A stretch of 64,000 nucleotides of DNA. It comes from Eledone cirrhosa (Eukaryota). Where the stretch lies: positions 61,876,001 through 61,940,000 of the forward strand of contig OZ024742.1 of assembly GCA_964016885.1 (NCBI GenBank), given 5' to 3'. The notes under the pieces are model-generated. The model saw only the letters and a program-made list of their open reading frames with translations. It was not told where the DNA came from and ran no database searches. Position 1 is the first letter of the stretch, and each line of letters opens with the position of its first letter. A program made the translations under genes and the position numbers. Shown piece after piece: positions 1 through 13,765 of this stretch.

Positions 1-153
1 CTGTCCGAAAGGACTCCACAGTACAAACAGAAGCGAAAACCTTCAACTCCAACGACCCACCCTCAAACCTCAAACTTATCAGGATAACAACCCTACAGTA
101 CGAAACTTTAAAAGATAGATAGATAGATAGACATACATATATATATTTACTTG

Positions 154-226
<73 letters not shown>

Positions 227-251
227 TCATTCGAAGGAAATCGTCATGATA

Positions 252-301
252 GCTTTCCTGATGATTTCCTTCGAATGAAACAGTGCTAGTCCTGTAGAAG
301 C
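252..301 (+). ncRNA. Type I hammerhead ribozyme motif (PLE-type), preceded by a short inverted copy at 224-247
   Basis: gctttc-CTGATGA-tttccttcgaat-GAAA-cag tgctagtc ctg-TA-gaagc. Stem III is acag/ctgt with a GUA cleavage triplet; stem I gct(t)tc/gaagc has one bulge; stem II is weak. Confidence 0.6.
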
Positions 302-779
302 CATTTCTATATTAAATATTTATACTCTGCTATGTATTGAGTACCTTACTTACTGTGGTTACCCCCGATTGAACCCGGGATACACACACACACACACAGA
401 CACACACACACACACACACACACACTTCCGTGTGTTAATCATCAATGCTGGTTGAACCAAGCAATCTACCACTATAATGTAATCAAATGTAAGTGCTCCA
501 CGCCATGGATATCATAAGGTATTACGTATATAGTATCAGACGAGGCATAAATATTAAGAGAAAAAAAGACGGATGGTCTCATTTATTCAACTTCAGTTTA
601 TTACATCACACCTGTTATGGACGCTGTTTACACTCTCAATACCTATCTGACTACAACGTATTAGATAACTATTGCATAATGACATTTCAATGCCTTTGAA
701 ATGTACGTAGCATGTGTGATGTAATAAACTGAAGTTGAATATGTGAAACCGTTTCTCTTCTTAATAATATATATACGCT

Positions 780-935
780 AAGGGTTTCCACACAGTTTCG
801 TCTCACAACTTTTACTCACAAAACATGGGTCAACTCGAAGCTATAATAGATGTTACTTGTCGAAGGTACCACCTAGCAGCGGGACCGAACCCGCGACCAC
901 GGAGTTACCAAAGGAACTCTTTAACCAAACAGCCG
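780..935 (-). mobile_element. tRNA-derived SINE (degenerate)
   Basis: Minus strand reads ggctgtttggttaaag (A-box-like) then ggttcggtcccgct (B-box-like), followed by a SINE-like body. Confidence 0.55.
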
Positions 936-2148
936 ATCTTTGTTTCATGCTTGCTTCCGTATACATGTTAGAAATATAGCACAATTAACAGTAAGTTCAA
1001 ATGAAGGTTGAATATATTTTCTCTCTCTTACTCTTTCACTCATTCTTTCTCCCTCACTCTACCTCTCTCTCTCTCCCTCTCTCTCTCCCTCTCTCTCTCT
1101 CTCTCTTTCTCTACATTTAAGTATATATACACATATAGTGTATGTGTGTTTGTACGTATGCATGAGCGCGTGTGTATGTATTTATATATATATATACTTC
1201 TATTTGCCATGGAGACAGTCCTTCAATTTCTTTTATATATATTGTATTGTGCACACTACAAGTTGTCTGACTAAAATCCTATATTGGCTTTTACTTATAT
1301 TTCCAATCTGACGTATTGGATATATAAATATCAGAGAACGGAAGTTTCTCATTATTATCTATCGTCTGTTATTAGTGATATTTTCAATGCTTTAAATAAG
1401 AATGGCTTTTTGCCTTTTGTCATCGCCGCATTGGTAAATAAGCTAAACGAATGCTTTTGTCATTGCAGCAATGCTAAATTAGTTAAATGAAATTTTTTTT
1501 TGTATATATACATATATATATATATGTGGGAGGGGGGGGGGGATATCATGACTGCAATGGTTGGTAAATTAGCTAAACGAAACCTTTGTTCAATATATCT
1601 ATGATACGGCGCGACGTTTAGAACATAGTCTGTGTGGCGTCATCAGGCGGTGTGGGAAAACCTGTAGGAAATCAAGCAGAAACTAGTTGCGAATCGAGAA
1701 GACAAAGGGGGAGATAATTAGTTGAGCGTTTCACTGAATTAAACTCCGTATCTTTGAATTATATAACAAAGCTAAATTAACATTTCAGTTCGTTTGTGGT
1801 CTATAAAACAAAATGAACTCTATTGATGGTATGTCTGTCTGGATTGTTGAAGAGTGAGTTATACATAAGGCTGATGGTCGATCCTCCGTCGGTTTCGGTG
1901 TTAAGTATTCAGTTATTCTGTCAAATAAATATCAGACTCATGAATTAACGTGTACGTGGTTGATTATTCCTTTATACGTACAGTTCATTTGAATCAGAGT
2001 AGCACAATACATTACAAGGTTAACTCTTTGACTTACAAGTAGAGCTCTTTCGATGCGTTTCCGCATAGATTTCGTCAACCCTATTTCAATCAGAAGGCTT
2101 GTATGGACCAGATGTTGTAGTAAATACACTTACGCATGATATCACGCA

Positions 2149-2290
2149 GTGAGATGGAACCCAGGATATCATGAGTTGAAGAGGAAAATCAGGTTGGAGC
2201 AGGATGTGCTGTTCTCCAGCCAGTTTGCTGAAAGCTGGATAAGTTCGGTGAGCATGGACCTGGTCTGCGCATGCACCTGTAGATTGGGGG
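2149..2290 (+). mobile_element. Degenerate Tx1-type LINE ORF2 C-terminal fragment
   Basis: HELKRKIRLEQDVLFSSQFAESW matches the FHLKRKIRVER...FVERW terminus at ~13670-13745 and 22600-22700. Confidence 0.55.
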
Positions 2291-2360
2291 CAAATAACTG
2301 GAAGAGGGCACTTGCCCTAAAAATCAGGATGATCGAAGTTTGTGGTGGTGGTATTATTGT

Positions 2361-2424
<64 letters not shown>

Positions 2425-2709
2425 TTGCTGTTCTATGTCGGAGTTTATGTATTGCCAAATGAATATAACTTCCAATTTCAAGAGTGATTTTTTTCGATTA
2501 CAGATCTGTTTACGTTACACATACTTTTTTTTAAATGCAATATGTGGTTTGGTTTCGTATTATTGTTTTTGCATGTGTTAATATTTGCAATGTAAAATTA
2601 CTGTAGCAAATAACAGCAATTTATTATTGTATGTTTTCGGCAAATGACATGGTTTAATTAGACTTCTATTTATAGAAATTATGAGATCAACTTACCAATA
2701 GACAACATT

Positions 2710-2892
2710 ATTGGCAGTATCGGTAGAGGGTCGGACGCCATGCTTTGATGCAGAGTTACGGCTCTTGCCATTCTGAGTTCAAATCCCGCCGAGGTTAATT
2801 TTGCCTTTCATCCTTACGGGGTCGATAAAATAAAGTACCAGTAATCTACTGAGTATTTGCTGGCCTTGTGCCAATAGTAGAAACAATTATAT
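2710..2892 (+). mobile_element. tRNA-derived SINE (family repeated many times in this window)
   Basis: tggcagtatcgg (A box), gagttcaaatccc (B box), core gccgagg..tttgcctttcatcc..ggggtcgataaaataaagtaccag, tail ggccttgtgccaa..agaaacaattat. A near-identical copy lies at 44327-44520. Confidence 0.85.
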
Positions 2893-3022
2893 TAATATAT
2901 ATAAAACATTTAGAAGCACACAGAACCACCTGGTAATATCCACCAATGAATGAGTGTTTCTGTTTCCCACAAAAGACATGACGAAATACTCAACAACTTA
3001 TTAATGTTTCTATTGTCAAAAG

Positions 3023-3150
3023 AGGGTGGCGAATTGGGAGAGCCGTTAAAGTGTTGGATAGAATGCTTTGCGGTATTCATTCCGCCGAGGTCAACTTTAC
3101 CTTTCATCTTCTCAAGGTCAATAAAAGAAGTACCAGTGCAGTACTGGTGT
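3023..3150 (+). mobile_element. SINE copy (internally deleted)
   Basis: ggcgaattggga...ccgccgaggtcaactttacctttcatc..gtcaataaaagaagtaccagt. Confidence 0.7.
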
Positions 3151-3214
3151 CTATTCTTCCTCTATATCCCTCTCTCACCACCGCCCCTTCTCTCTCCCCC
3201 CCCTCTCTCTCTCC

Positions 3215-3263
<49 letters not shown>

Positions 3264-3399
3264 GGAAGAAATCAACTGTGTTTAGATCTGGAAAGGGATG
3301 AACAACGACAGTTTTTAAATGTCCAAGAAATGCCGTAATTCACTAGGTTGCGCCAACGACTCTATCAGAAGTTACGGGTTTATAATAGAAGATTGACGG

Positions 3400-4200
3400 T
3401 AGAAGACAGGGCTTGAATAGACTAAAACATTTAGAAACTCATTAAACCCTTTTCCATAAATACAAATGACAAGCCTAAACAGATCTAAATTTTTAGAAAC
3501 TCACTAAACCACAAAAACTTATTCATGTTTCTGATTTCAACAGAAGACATGGCTTTAAGGGGCCTAAATATTTTGAAATTCACTAAAAGACGTAGCATAT
3601 CTAACAATGTACTACTCTTGCTCCTTTTACTAAATGGCATGACTAAATCATATATCTATAGATAAAACCCTAAAAAGTAAGCGTAATAATATCCGACAAT
3701 GTATCACTGTTGTCGTTTTCAGTTCAGCAGATGACGTAATAATACCCAGTAATGTATTCAGCAGGAAGGAGAGTTTCATAAAAACTAAATATTTAGAAAT
3801 TCATTGAATTCCATGGCAATACCTTAGAATGATTAGCTGTGTTACTGTAATATTGTCTGCTTCCAGCAAATAATACCCACCAATGTATTCAGCAGGAAAC
3901 AGAACTTCATCAAAACTAAATATTTAGAAATTCATTGAAAGACATAGCGATACATAAAAATGAATTGCTGTGTTACTGTATCTGTTTTCAACAGAACTTA
4001 ATCAGACCTCTATAGATATCAAATTGAATAGTAAACGTAGTAACACCCAACAATATATCACTGTCTTCGTTTTTAGCAGACGACAGAGCTTAAAAGAGAT
4101 TTAAGTATTTAGAAATTCACTGAACGATGTAGCATTACACTTAACCACCTAGCAATACTCAACAATGTATTAGTGTCTCTGGTTTCAACAAACGATAGGG
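3400..4200. repeat. Diverged tandem/minisatellite region
   Basis: A ctaaatatttagaaattcattgaa-like motif recurs at ~3422, 3485, 3564, 3785, 3916 and 4101 with irregular spacing. Confidence 0.6.
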
Positions 4201-4380
4201 CTTTAAAAGATTTCTACGATTTATAATAAATAGAAAGTTAATGTTGTCAACGATGAAAGAGACTCTGGGGAGATACAAACAGTTCGCAGGCCGATATTCT
4301 TAATATGTGTGTGTTGGGGGGGTATGTCTCTGTGTGTGTGTATGTGTGTATGTGTGTGTGTATGTGTGTGTGTGTGTGTA

Positions 4381-4451
<71 letters not shown>

Positions 4452-4617
4452 TTTATGAGAAGGTTAAAACTTCATCGATTTTATATTGTAGAAAAATTGT
4501 CATATAAACCCCCTTAGCGTAAAAAAATGGACATTAGCACCTGCATGGTAAAGATGTAACTTGCTTATAAATTTTAAATTTCGCTCAACGTTTTTAAACA
4601 CACGTTCGTTTATATTT

Positions 4618-4706
<89 letters not shown>

Positions 4707-4812
4707 TGTGTGTGTGTGTGTGCGCGCAAAAATTTAACGGAAGCAACAAAGCAGACAATACGGTACAATAAAGAAATGAATTAGTTTAAATCTTCATGCA
4801 TTAGAAAAATAG

Positions 4813-4848
4813 TCTTAACGTTTCGAATACAAGTCCTTCATCAGAAGA
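4813..4848 (-). ncRNA. Minimal type I hammerhead motif (Penelope-type)
   Basis: Minus strand: tctt-CTGATGA-aggacttgtattc-GAAA-cg-TT-aaga. Stem I tctt/aaga, palindromic stem III aacgtt, weak stem II. Confidence 0.55.
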
Positions 4849-5389
4849 TAGAATGCGAAATAAAGGTGAATAAAGATAGAGAGTAGAAAAGCTAGGAACG
4901 AAATAGATTTGGGAAAAAAAGCACGTGTGCGTTTTGTCTCTGAACTCTGAATCTGCTTGGGGTTTCCTTGTTGATGGATAGACCCCTCTTTATATTCCCG
5001 TCTCTACCTTTCCTCCAACTCAATCTAATTCGTACCTAATTAAATGCTTACTACTTCAATGTGTTCGATACACTTATATAAAGAAATATAGAAACGTTCA
5101 CCCATGTGTCAGGCGTTGTTTGTCGGGACTATTGTATGTGTGTAACCTTCCACATTTTATTACTTCATTTTCTTTGGGGGGGGGGGGGGGGGGTCTCAAT
5201 TATTTTCATTTTTTTCCCCGAAAAATCTTAGCAGGTGTCGTGCAAATATTATTATACACATTTGGAGGAAAATATGCCTCAAAACTATTGCATGCAGTTC
5301 TTCAGGTTTTCTGAATTCGTGAAATCATGCGTTGCAGAAGTAATATGATGTATATGATATGATATATATATATATATATATATCATATA

Positions 5390-5540
5390 TGTCCACGCAT
5401 TGCCTGGGAACTTAGCTGAGAATAGACTCCATGTGACGAAAGGCCTTCTCCATGTTTATTCCCATTCAGAAACTAATTATTTGGAGTGAAATTTTAGTAA
5501 GTAAGTTAATTTTTATAATTTTCTTATTTTACGTCTTTCA
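5390..5540 (+). mobile_element. Degenerate PLE terminal-repeat fragment (same family as 15144-16112 and 46928-47725), hammerhead core broken
   Basis: gtccacgcattgcctgggaacttagctgagaatagactcc...agaaactaattatttggagtgaaattttagtaag is shared with the intact copies. Confidence 0.75.
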
Positions 5541-5758
5541 TATATATATATATATATATAGTTATACTTGGGGAGGGTCATATTTGTGTAATATTGCCAG
5601 AATTAATAACAGAACACACTCACTGTTTGGTTGGTTTTCGCTTCTCGCTGTCTTTTATATCTGTAATCTAACTTACTCGGTCCTCAATGTTGCCATTGAC
5701 TGACCGACGGTCAAAAATAATACAGATACAATATAGACACAAACACATATATATAGTT

Positions 5759-5800
5759 TACATAAATCTTTCGTTGCACATCTGCAACATCGTCAGTGGT
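5759..5800 (-). ncRNA. Degenerate hammerhead motif in PLE 3' region
   Basis: acca-CTGACGA-t gttgca gatg tgcaac-GAAA-gatt-TA-tgt. Strong stem II, eroded stems I and III. Sister copy at 56079-56120. Confidence 0.5.
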
Positions 5801-6094
5801 GTTATATTTTCCTCCTGTTGTGTTGTATGTCTACGCCATTTTTTATTCAGTCTGTCTATATATTTATTTATTTATTTGCTTGTTTGTTTATTTTATTTTG
5901 TCTTCTTTGCGCATGCGTTTGCGTGTATGTATAGTGTTATGTTTGGTGTGTGACTAGTGTGTATAGTGTTATGTTTGCTGGGTGACTAGTGTGTGTTTAT
6001 GTGCTTGTTGTTATTGTGCTTGTGTATGTATTTATTTATCTTATTTTATTTACTTATTTATACTTCTCTTAGGTCAGTGTTGTTTGTTTAGGTG

Positions 6095-7667
6095 TTGTTG
6101 TTATTCCACTCATTTTTTCTGTTTAGCTTTGATCTTCTAATTTCTATTTCACTGGCCTCTCTGATTTGCCTATCTGCTGGGTCATTTCTATGTTTAGATA
6201 TTATTCTAATTTCTATGTTGTCTATGTTACCGTCATGTTGTTGTCTAGCATGTTCGTATAGTACTGACCCGTTTTTTCGTCCTTTTAGTTCCCCCAGTGT
6301 TGGTCTATCCTTTCACCTATGCTACGAGCTGTCTCACCTATGTATGTTGTTGTCATGTTTCTGCAAGTACCCTATGTACATCTTATGCTATAGACTACGT
6401 TTCTAGTTTTACAGTTTATCCGGGGGTTCACCTTACATATGATACATTTCCTATTGGTACAGTGGGTTTTCTTAAAAGGGTAGGTTTTGCTGATCAGGGA
6501 TTTTATGGTGGTTCCTGGCTTTTCTACCACCTTTATTTTTAAGTGGGTCTTTCTCAGGGCCTTTCTACACTGGTTAGCTAATTTCCCTCCAGGGGTGGCG
6601 TTCACAAACATGACACTCTGGTATCTCTGGTTGTCGTACCATGATGTGGCTTTCCCTGTCTTATGTCTAGCCCTATCTAAGCTATTCCATGATTTGCTCC
6701 TGTATAATGGGCAAATTCCTTTCATGTCCAGTTCTATGAGGGTCTTATACTTTTCCATGGCTCCTTCGTATACTCTGACTCTGTCTCTTTGGTTGTAGCC
6801 AGAGAACTGCATGCGGTTGATGAAGTGTTGGATGTGTCTTTCCATTTCTGTTGGGTCGCACATGCGGGACACATTCTTCATCACTCGTACCAAATCTGCG
6901 ATCAGAATATTAAACTTAGCACTACTGGACATTGCTGAGTTTTTGAGTATCAGGTATTTGGAGGCCATGGGTTTAGCATAGTGTGAGTGGAGAATTTGGG
7001 CTCTCTCGTCTATAGTGTTAATCCAGAGTTCCGTGTCTAATACAGGTAGTCTATTGTTAGTGTGTTTGGAAGGGAAGTCGATAGTTACAGTTATACTTTG
7101 GTGTATGAAATTAGCTATCTGCTGGATGCTTTCCATCGTGCTACTTTCTAAATCAAACTTGTTAGTGCTCTCTTGTGGTGGTGTTCTTATAACTATATTG
7201 ATATCGTCTACATAACGAGAGTACATGATGAGGTCTATGGAGCTTTCAATAAGGAGATCTTTAAGTCTCCTTTCCCACCATACCATGAAAAGATTGGCAA
7301 CATCACCAGCTATGCTGACGCCGATGGCTGCTCCCTCATTTTGGGTGTAGATTTTGTCATTGAACTTAAATATGTGGCCCTTTAGGGTAGTTTTGATACT
7401 AGCCCCTATTGCATGTGCGACCATTTTTCTTACCTGATCATTGTTTTGAGGGGTCCGTATAACTTTGGTCCACCCAATCCACCTTCCCATGGGAGTCTTT
7501 TTTGCCATTGAGGTTATGGTGGGGGGTCTACCTCTTATAGGTCTACTAGGGCAGAAACATCTAAGGTCATGGCTGTCTAGGTAGTCAGTGTCGTAGGTAA
7601 GTCTAAGTAGGAGGCCCAGTTCGTCTGTATCGACGTCGCAGAACTCCACCTCACTCTCAATGATCAT
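6095..7667 (-). pseudogene. PLE reverse transcriptase + C-terminal GIY-YIG endonuclease (disrupted)
   Basis: Motifs YTQNEGAAIG, YSRYVDD, LPVLD, YAKP, SGY, then CxxC..C..NVVYSIRCT*GTC..TYIGETARSIGER..H..RQIREA..LNRKNEW. In-frame TAG at 6372-6374 and a downstream frameshift. Confidence 0.9.
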
Positions 7668-8385
7668 CTCATGTGCAACGAAAGATTTATGTAAACTATA
7701 TATATGTGTTTGTGTCTATATTGTATCTGTATTATTTTTGACCGTCGGTCAGTCAATGGCAACATTGAGGACCGAGTAAGTTAGATTACAGATATAAAAG
7801 ACAGCGAGAAGCGAAAACCAACCAAACAGTGAGTGTGTTCTGTTATTAATTCTGGCAATATTACACAAATATGACCCTCCCCAAGTATAACAATATTTGT
7901 TTCGACACACGATTTCATATAAAAAACCTCGCTAAACTAATTCATCGCCGCTATATATATATATATATATATTGTTCAATGAAAAATGAAAAAGAGTTAG
8001 TTGATTTATAATCTGACGAGAACATGTTTACAAAATAGGTGACTTATTTTCTTGTTTTCAAGTTTGTAACTGTGTCTTGTTCTATTAAGTTCGGATGTAA
8101 GGAGTATTAAGGCTATGCAAAAAAGTAAGGGAGAAAGTGAGTCACCTTGGAAAATGCCACAGTTGGTGTTAATATTCATAGAACTTAGTACTCCATTGGA
8201 ATGAGTTATTATTATTATTATTATTATTGGTGGTCTGTTCGGACGTCTTTTTGTTCGCTCCCAGTAAGTCGCTTTATTTACCTGTTATAATTATTTGTTA
8301 AATTTTTCTTGTTGTTGGACTTTGCCCAATGAAGGGGAAAGTATAATATTTGGGCCATTTTACTTTTAAAAATTATTAAAAAAAC

Positions 8386-10388
8386 ATGGCTGAGCCACGC
8401 CCCCCAGCAATATGTCTGCTGTCGTGTGACAACGGCGTAAAAGTTGAGAGGAGGGTTACAGAAATTGATACAACAAACACCACCACAAACAACGTGAACA
8501 AAGACAGCAATTACAACACTGAGAACACTAATTTTAAAGACATTACCACACCAACTGCAACAATAACAGTGACACCCAAAATACAAACAACAGAAAAAAA
8601 TGACAACAAATGCAACAACGATATTAACACCACTAACAAGAAAATAAACAACGACAACACCAACAGCAACAATATAAATTGCACCGAGAACAACAACAAC
8701 GGTGGCACCAAAAACACAACGAACTGCAACAGTGATAACAGCAACAACACCAACAACACCGTTTGTAGCAGTAGCAACAGCAACAGCACCAACAAGACCA
8801 GTAGCAGCAGTAGCAGCAGCAATAATGGTGCCGCTGAAAAAGGGCCACTTCTTTCGCAGGTGTGGCCCGAAATATAGAAACAGTGCTAGTCACGGAGTTG
8901 GAGATAGCGGTCACAAGGGCCATGGTGACAAGAAATGACAATAGAGTTTCCTTGAAACCTCCACCCGATTTTTTTCAAGGACCACCACCTGCGCACGGTG
9001 ACTTACCGCACCGTAAGCAAAATGTCATATCGAGTGGAGAGAGTCACGGAGGCTCAAATCCAAAAGGACTTGGGGTGTATCTGGGCGCACAAAATCCACA
9101 ACACCCGAGGCAAAAAGTAGGCCACACTAGACATACTTTTCGCCACACCCCCCAAGAGGCGAAGTCCCACTCTTTGGAAACCCTAAAGAGTGAGGAGATA
9201 GTCATGGTGCCTTCCTACTGCGAGCAGAAAATTGTGAGGTGACCCAGGTCCCGCCCGACGTGCTCATACTTTGGCTGGCCGCGTCTGTCCTTGCTGGAAT
9301 CGAGGACAGGACGACCAGGCTGCAAGTACAGAGAATGGGGAGAGAGAACTGGTCAGGTGTAGGCATGCAAATGCTAATACAAACTGAGCAGAAGTGAATC
9401 GAGGCTATCCCGGATATCATAGACCTCGAAGAAGGACTCCAACTCCCTATAAGCGTGGAAGGAAGGCGCTCAAAGTGCTATCTCTGTGGGCCAAAGGGTC
9501 ACCTCAGGGCCTTTTGCCTGGAGAAGACGGCCAAGAAGAGGGCTCCCCCTCCTTCTGACGCCTTGTCCGCTGCTACCAAGAGCAGGGCAGGCAACAGAGG
9601 CAGAAGACCCTTCCACGGTGAGTAGGAAGGCAACGTCCGTGGCACCCATACCAATGCCACGGACAACTAAAACAGCGGCAGCAGTGGCGGCAACACCAGT
9701 AGCTACATTTGCAGTAGCTGCACCAGCAACAAAATCGCCGGAGAGGCTCCACCAACACCACCAACAGCCGTGGAGCACATACCCCCTCCTAGACGTCACG
9801 GAATCCGACATGGAGTATAGGGCGGGAGTGAAGTGGCAAAAGGTCTGCCACAAAAAACAAAAACGAAAGAACCACTTAGCTTCACCCTCCAAAAGCGAGG
9901 ACAAGCAAAGAAGGGTAAAGACTGCAAGGCGACTTGCAGCAACGCCACCACCATCACCACCACAAGCATGACCACCAACAACAACTACACCACGACCAGC
10001 ATCACCACAAACAGCAACATCGCAAACACAACAAGCACACACACCCAACAGCAACAACATACAGCAACAAAACCACCCCTCCCCCAAAAATGTACACACC
10101 CATAAAGATTGCACACCAAGGATTAATGGAACATATAAAACAGCACACCGATATTTCAGACGTAAATTACCACACCCCACCAACACCAGGAACATTACTA
10201 AAAAATATTAACATCGTGGAATTGAACTGGATGATTACAAACAATTAAAACAAAAATTCCCCAATTGCGTTGGGGATTTCAGGGGGTCACTCTCCAAGAG
10301 AATCTATAGAGACATCATCTTGAGGACACCCATGAACAGCCGAAGGGACGGTTCTACTGTCCCTTCCCCACACGATCAAGGTAAGTGA
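8386..10388 (+). pseudogene. Tx1 ORF1 (zinc-knuckle protein), disrupted
   Basis: ATG at 8386, N/T-rich low complexity, SVEGRRSKCYLC..H..C knuckle, ends LKQKFPNCVG...DQGK*. Several stops and frameshifts. Confidence 0.65.
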
Positions 10389-10420
10389 TCCTTTCTCACT
10401 TACCCCGTTTCTCACCGAGC

Positions 10421-13400
10421 ATGGCCCTACTTAGAATAGGCAGTATAAATATACGTGGCCTGGGGTCATCTTGGAAGCAGCGTCACCTGCTGAACGACCT
10501 CAGGTCACTAAACATAGATGTGGTGGCCATCAGCGAGACCAGAATCTCCGAAGCACGAGCCTTCGCACCGATCTTCACGCGGCTAAGATGTATACGCATC
10601 TCCAGCCGTCCAGTTGCTGTGCTTTGTAGGAGAGGTTTGGATCTCGCCATACGGGCCATCTTCCTGAACCCAGAAGGTAAGTCGGTGGTGCTGGACGTGA
10701 CCGGCAGCGAAGGCAATGCTTTCAAGCTAGTAGCCGTCTACGCCCCAGCAGGGGCAGGACGGCCAGATTTCTTCAGATGTCTAAAGATCTTTCTTGGAAC
10801 GTCCCGCTCCTTGGTGTTAGTGAGCGGCTGGAACGGTATCTTAGATGCACGTTGGGATTATGTGGGGCTAGTAGACAGGGGAGGAGGGTGTAAAAACCTC
10901 AACAACCTGCTCAGACGTTTTGAACTGTCTGACAGGTATAGACTGGATTATTCGAATGTGCCAATATGGACATGGGTAAACCGCATCGGGTCATCCAGAT
11001 CGTATTTAGATAGGGTATTCTGTAGGGAAACAGATAAGTCTAGTGTAGGTTGTCCACAATTTAAAGTAGTCGACAAAACGGACCACAAATTTGTAATCTG
11101 TGAAGTTGACTTATATAAATTCCATAGGCAAGGGCCCGGCTACTGGAAGCTGAACGCGTCGTTCCCGCCGCGCAAAGCTTACAGAGACCGGATTAGCGAA
11201 TTAGTTAAGCGTGCGTTGACGGGTGCGATCGTCAACAACATGTGGTGGTTTACCCTTAAAAGGGCTAGTAGAGTAGAATTAATAAGGTTTAGAAAAGGAG
11301 TAGTGATAGAGTAGAGGGAGAGTTAGTTAGAAAGCTAGAAGAGGCTTTTAGGACAGGCATCGCAACCGACGTGCTTGCGGCGAGATTGGCACTCGACCAA
11401 TTGTTCAACGCAAAGCATGAAGGCTGCGTTGTCAGAGCTAGAGCGCGTGCTCTAAGACACGAGAGGACGAAAGCCGTTCAATAGACCCGGGTGGTGGAGG
11501 CGCAACGTGGCAACAAGTCCACAATTCGGTATTTGCCTGATCAAAACGGGTGAATGTTGCTCGAACCCGAGCAGATGTGTGAGGCTTTTCAACACTTTGC
11601 TCAATTGTTCGGGAGCGGCGGTGGGCCTGATTGGAGTGTGTACTTCGGTGCATACCTCGACGGACTGCCGCGGCTCTCGTCGACCGCAGCACAGTGCTGC
11701 GAAAAGCCTATAACAGCAGGTGAAATACGCGAAGCGATGTCTGACTGCACGAGGGGTAAATCGCCAGGTTTGAATGGTCTGCCTTACGGGCTTTATGCGT
11801 ATATGCCAGACTTGTTCTACCTCTTGGTAGATGTCTACTGCAACTGGCAGCAGAACGGAAGCGTTCCCACTTTTGTGAGCCGGGGAGCGGTGGCGCAGCT
11901 GAGAAAAGACCCGAACAAGGGGGACGTTATAGACAACTTCAGGCCCATAACTCTGCTAAACGCAGAGTTTAAGATTTCGGCCAAGAGATTGGCGCTTGTT
12001 TGTGATCTGGCGGGAGAGGCGCAGACATGCGCCATTCCGGACAGATCCATCCATGACAACCTCCATCTCATGCGATGCATCATAGAGAGGGTGGTTTAGG
12101 AACCTGGCACGGGTGGGGCCCTGATCAACTTGAATCAATCTAAAGCATTTGATAGGGTCGACCATCGGTACCTGGCTGCGGTCCTCGAGGCAGCCGGCTT
12201 CGGACCCGTTTTTAGGAGCTGGATCGCTGCGATGCACAGCGACATCTACTCGATTGTGAGGGTGAATGGGGACCTTTCGCAGCCTTTCAGCATCATGCGC
12301 TCGGTCCGCCAGGGTTGCCCCCTCTCATCCCTCTTGTACGTACTGGCTCGCGAGCCGTTACTGCACAAATTGGAGACGATGAGGAGGGGGGGTCCCACTC
12401 GAACTGGGATGCGGGAGATCCGTGTCAGCTTATGCCGACGACGTCACCGTGGTGGTGTCGAGCACCAAACACGTCCAGATGCCCGGCATCGCTCTCAAGG
12501 AATACGAAGCGGTGACAGGAGCAAAGATAAACCAGAAAAAGTCGGTGGGCTTGCAACACGGCTCCTGGAGAGGCAAGTCCATGTCGTCCGACAGTGTCGT
12601 GGGGCGCTGGACGGAAGGACCGGTTAAATATCTCGGGGTCTGGTTCGGTCCGGACCTCCAGATAGAGAAAAACTGGAGCGAGGTGACGAGCAGGGTGGCC
12701 TCTCTCACCCAGAAATGGGCCGAGAGGAGGATGTCTCTGAAAGGTCGGGCGGAGATGGCGAATGGGTACATCTCCTCCGTCATCTGCTGCCGCCTGACTG
12801 TCGTACATTGCCCCGCCCAACTCTGACCAAAATGGAGCGCCATCTCTTCCGCTTTTTGTGGAAGGGACGTGCTCCCATGGTCAGACGATCCATTTGCTGT
12901 CAACACCCGTTGCGTGGGGGACTAGGCATACCGTGGCTGATAATGCGCACACATGCGCTGAGGCTGCGACATCTCTGGTGCTTCCTTGACGGTGAACAGG
13001 TGTGATCGCCGTTTGCCAGACGCGCTTTTCCCCAACTCGTCTCCTTGACGGAGCTGCAGTCCTGGATCAGGAAAAGACCGAGGGATAGCGCTTGGAAGCT
13101 GGAATGTCTACAAGCACTCACCATCCTCTACCAGCTGGGCACTAGTATCGGTGGAACATCAACCTCGGTGCTCTATAGAGGGCTAATGGAGGGGAAGAGT
13201 GACGACGTTCTCGGAGAGATCCTGGGCGTCGAAGACGATCAGCTGTTCGCTCTCTTCAAGAGAACTTTCAGCCCGCAGCCTATGGACAACTTCCAGAAAT
13301 CCCTGACCTGGCAGTGCTACTGGGGAGCGTTGCCGGTTCGGGATAAGCTCTACAGGCACGGAGGTAGTGTCAGCCGAGCCTATCCGAGATGCTCGCAGGG

Positions 13401-13765
13401 CGACGAAACCTTCCTGCAAGCACTCGTTCAGTGTCTGATGATTACTGACTTGTGGAGCTATGTCGAACAGCTGCTATCGCGTGTAGGACAGATCCGGTTA
13501 TCGACTGAGCCCATTGTGCAGATAGCCCCGCCATCCTCCTTTAAAGAGGAGGAAGGGCAGGCAGTTTTCATCTGCCTGGTGGCCATGGCGAAAGAGATTG
13601 TGGTGGACAAGTTTGAAAGGGTTAAAGACGGATACTTTCCTCTCCGGCCAATCCCTGATTAACTTTTTCAAGTTTCACTTGAAAAGGAAAATCAGGGTGG
13701 AGAGGCAAGTGCTGTCTTCTCGTAAGTTTGTTGAAAGGTGGGTGAAAGTGGCGAGTCTGGTCTGA
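10421..13765 (+). pseudogene. Tx1 ORF2 (APE endonuclease-reverse transcriptase), disrupted
   Basis: ORF fragments 10385-11314, 11554-12099, 12130-12627, 12422-12826 and 13045-13662 carry consecutive APE, RT and C-terminal motifs. Confidence 0.9.

Larger units (their letters stand above)
5560..7951 (-). mobile_element. Penelope-like element, 5'-truncated, with inverted terminal (pseudo-LTR) duplication
   Basis: RT and GIY-YIG coding sequence on the minus strand. 5560-5781 is the reverse complement of 7671-7891. (TA)n flanks both ends. Confidence 0.9.

Noticed and set aside
673-712. Hammerhead-like remnant within the inverted repeat at ~575-765
   Set aside because: The core reads ataatga (two substitutions) and the stems are marginal.
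2710-2800. tRNA genes at A/B-box motifs
   Set aside because: No cloverleaf; these are SINE heads.
3400-4200. Repeat-spacer (CRISPR-like) pattern
   Set aside because: Repeats are degenerate, spacing is irregular, and the intervening sequences are related to each other; it is an old minisatellite.
5560-7951. DNA transposon with long TIRs
   Set aside because: The internal ORF is a PLE RT/GIY-YIG; the inverted ends are duplicated 3' termini.
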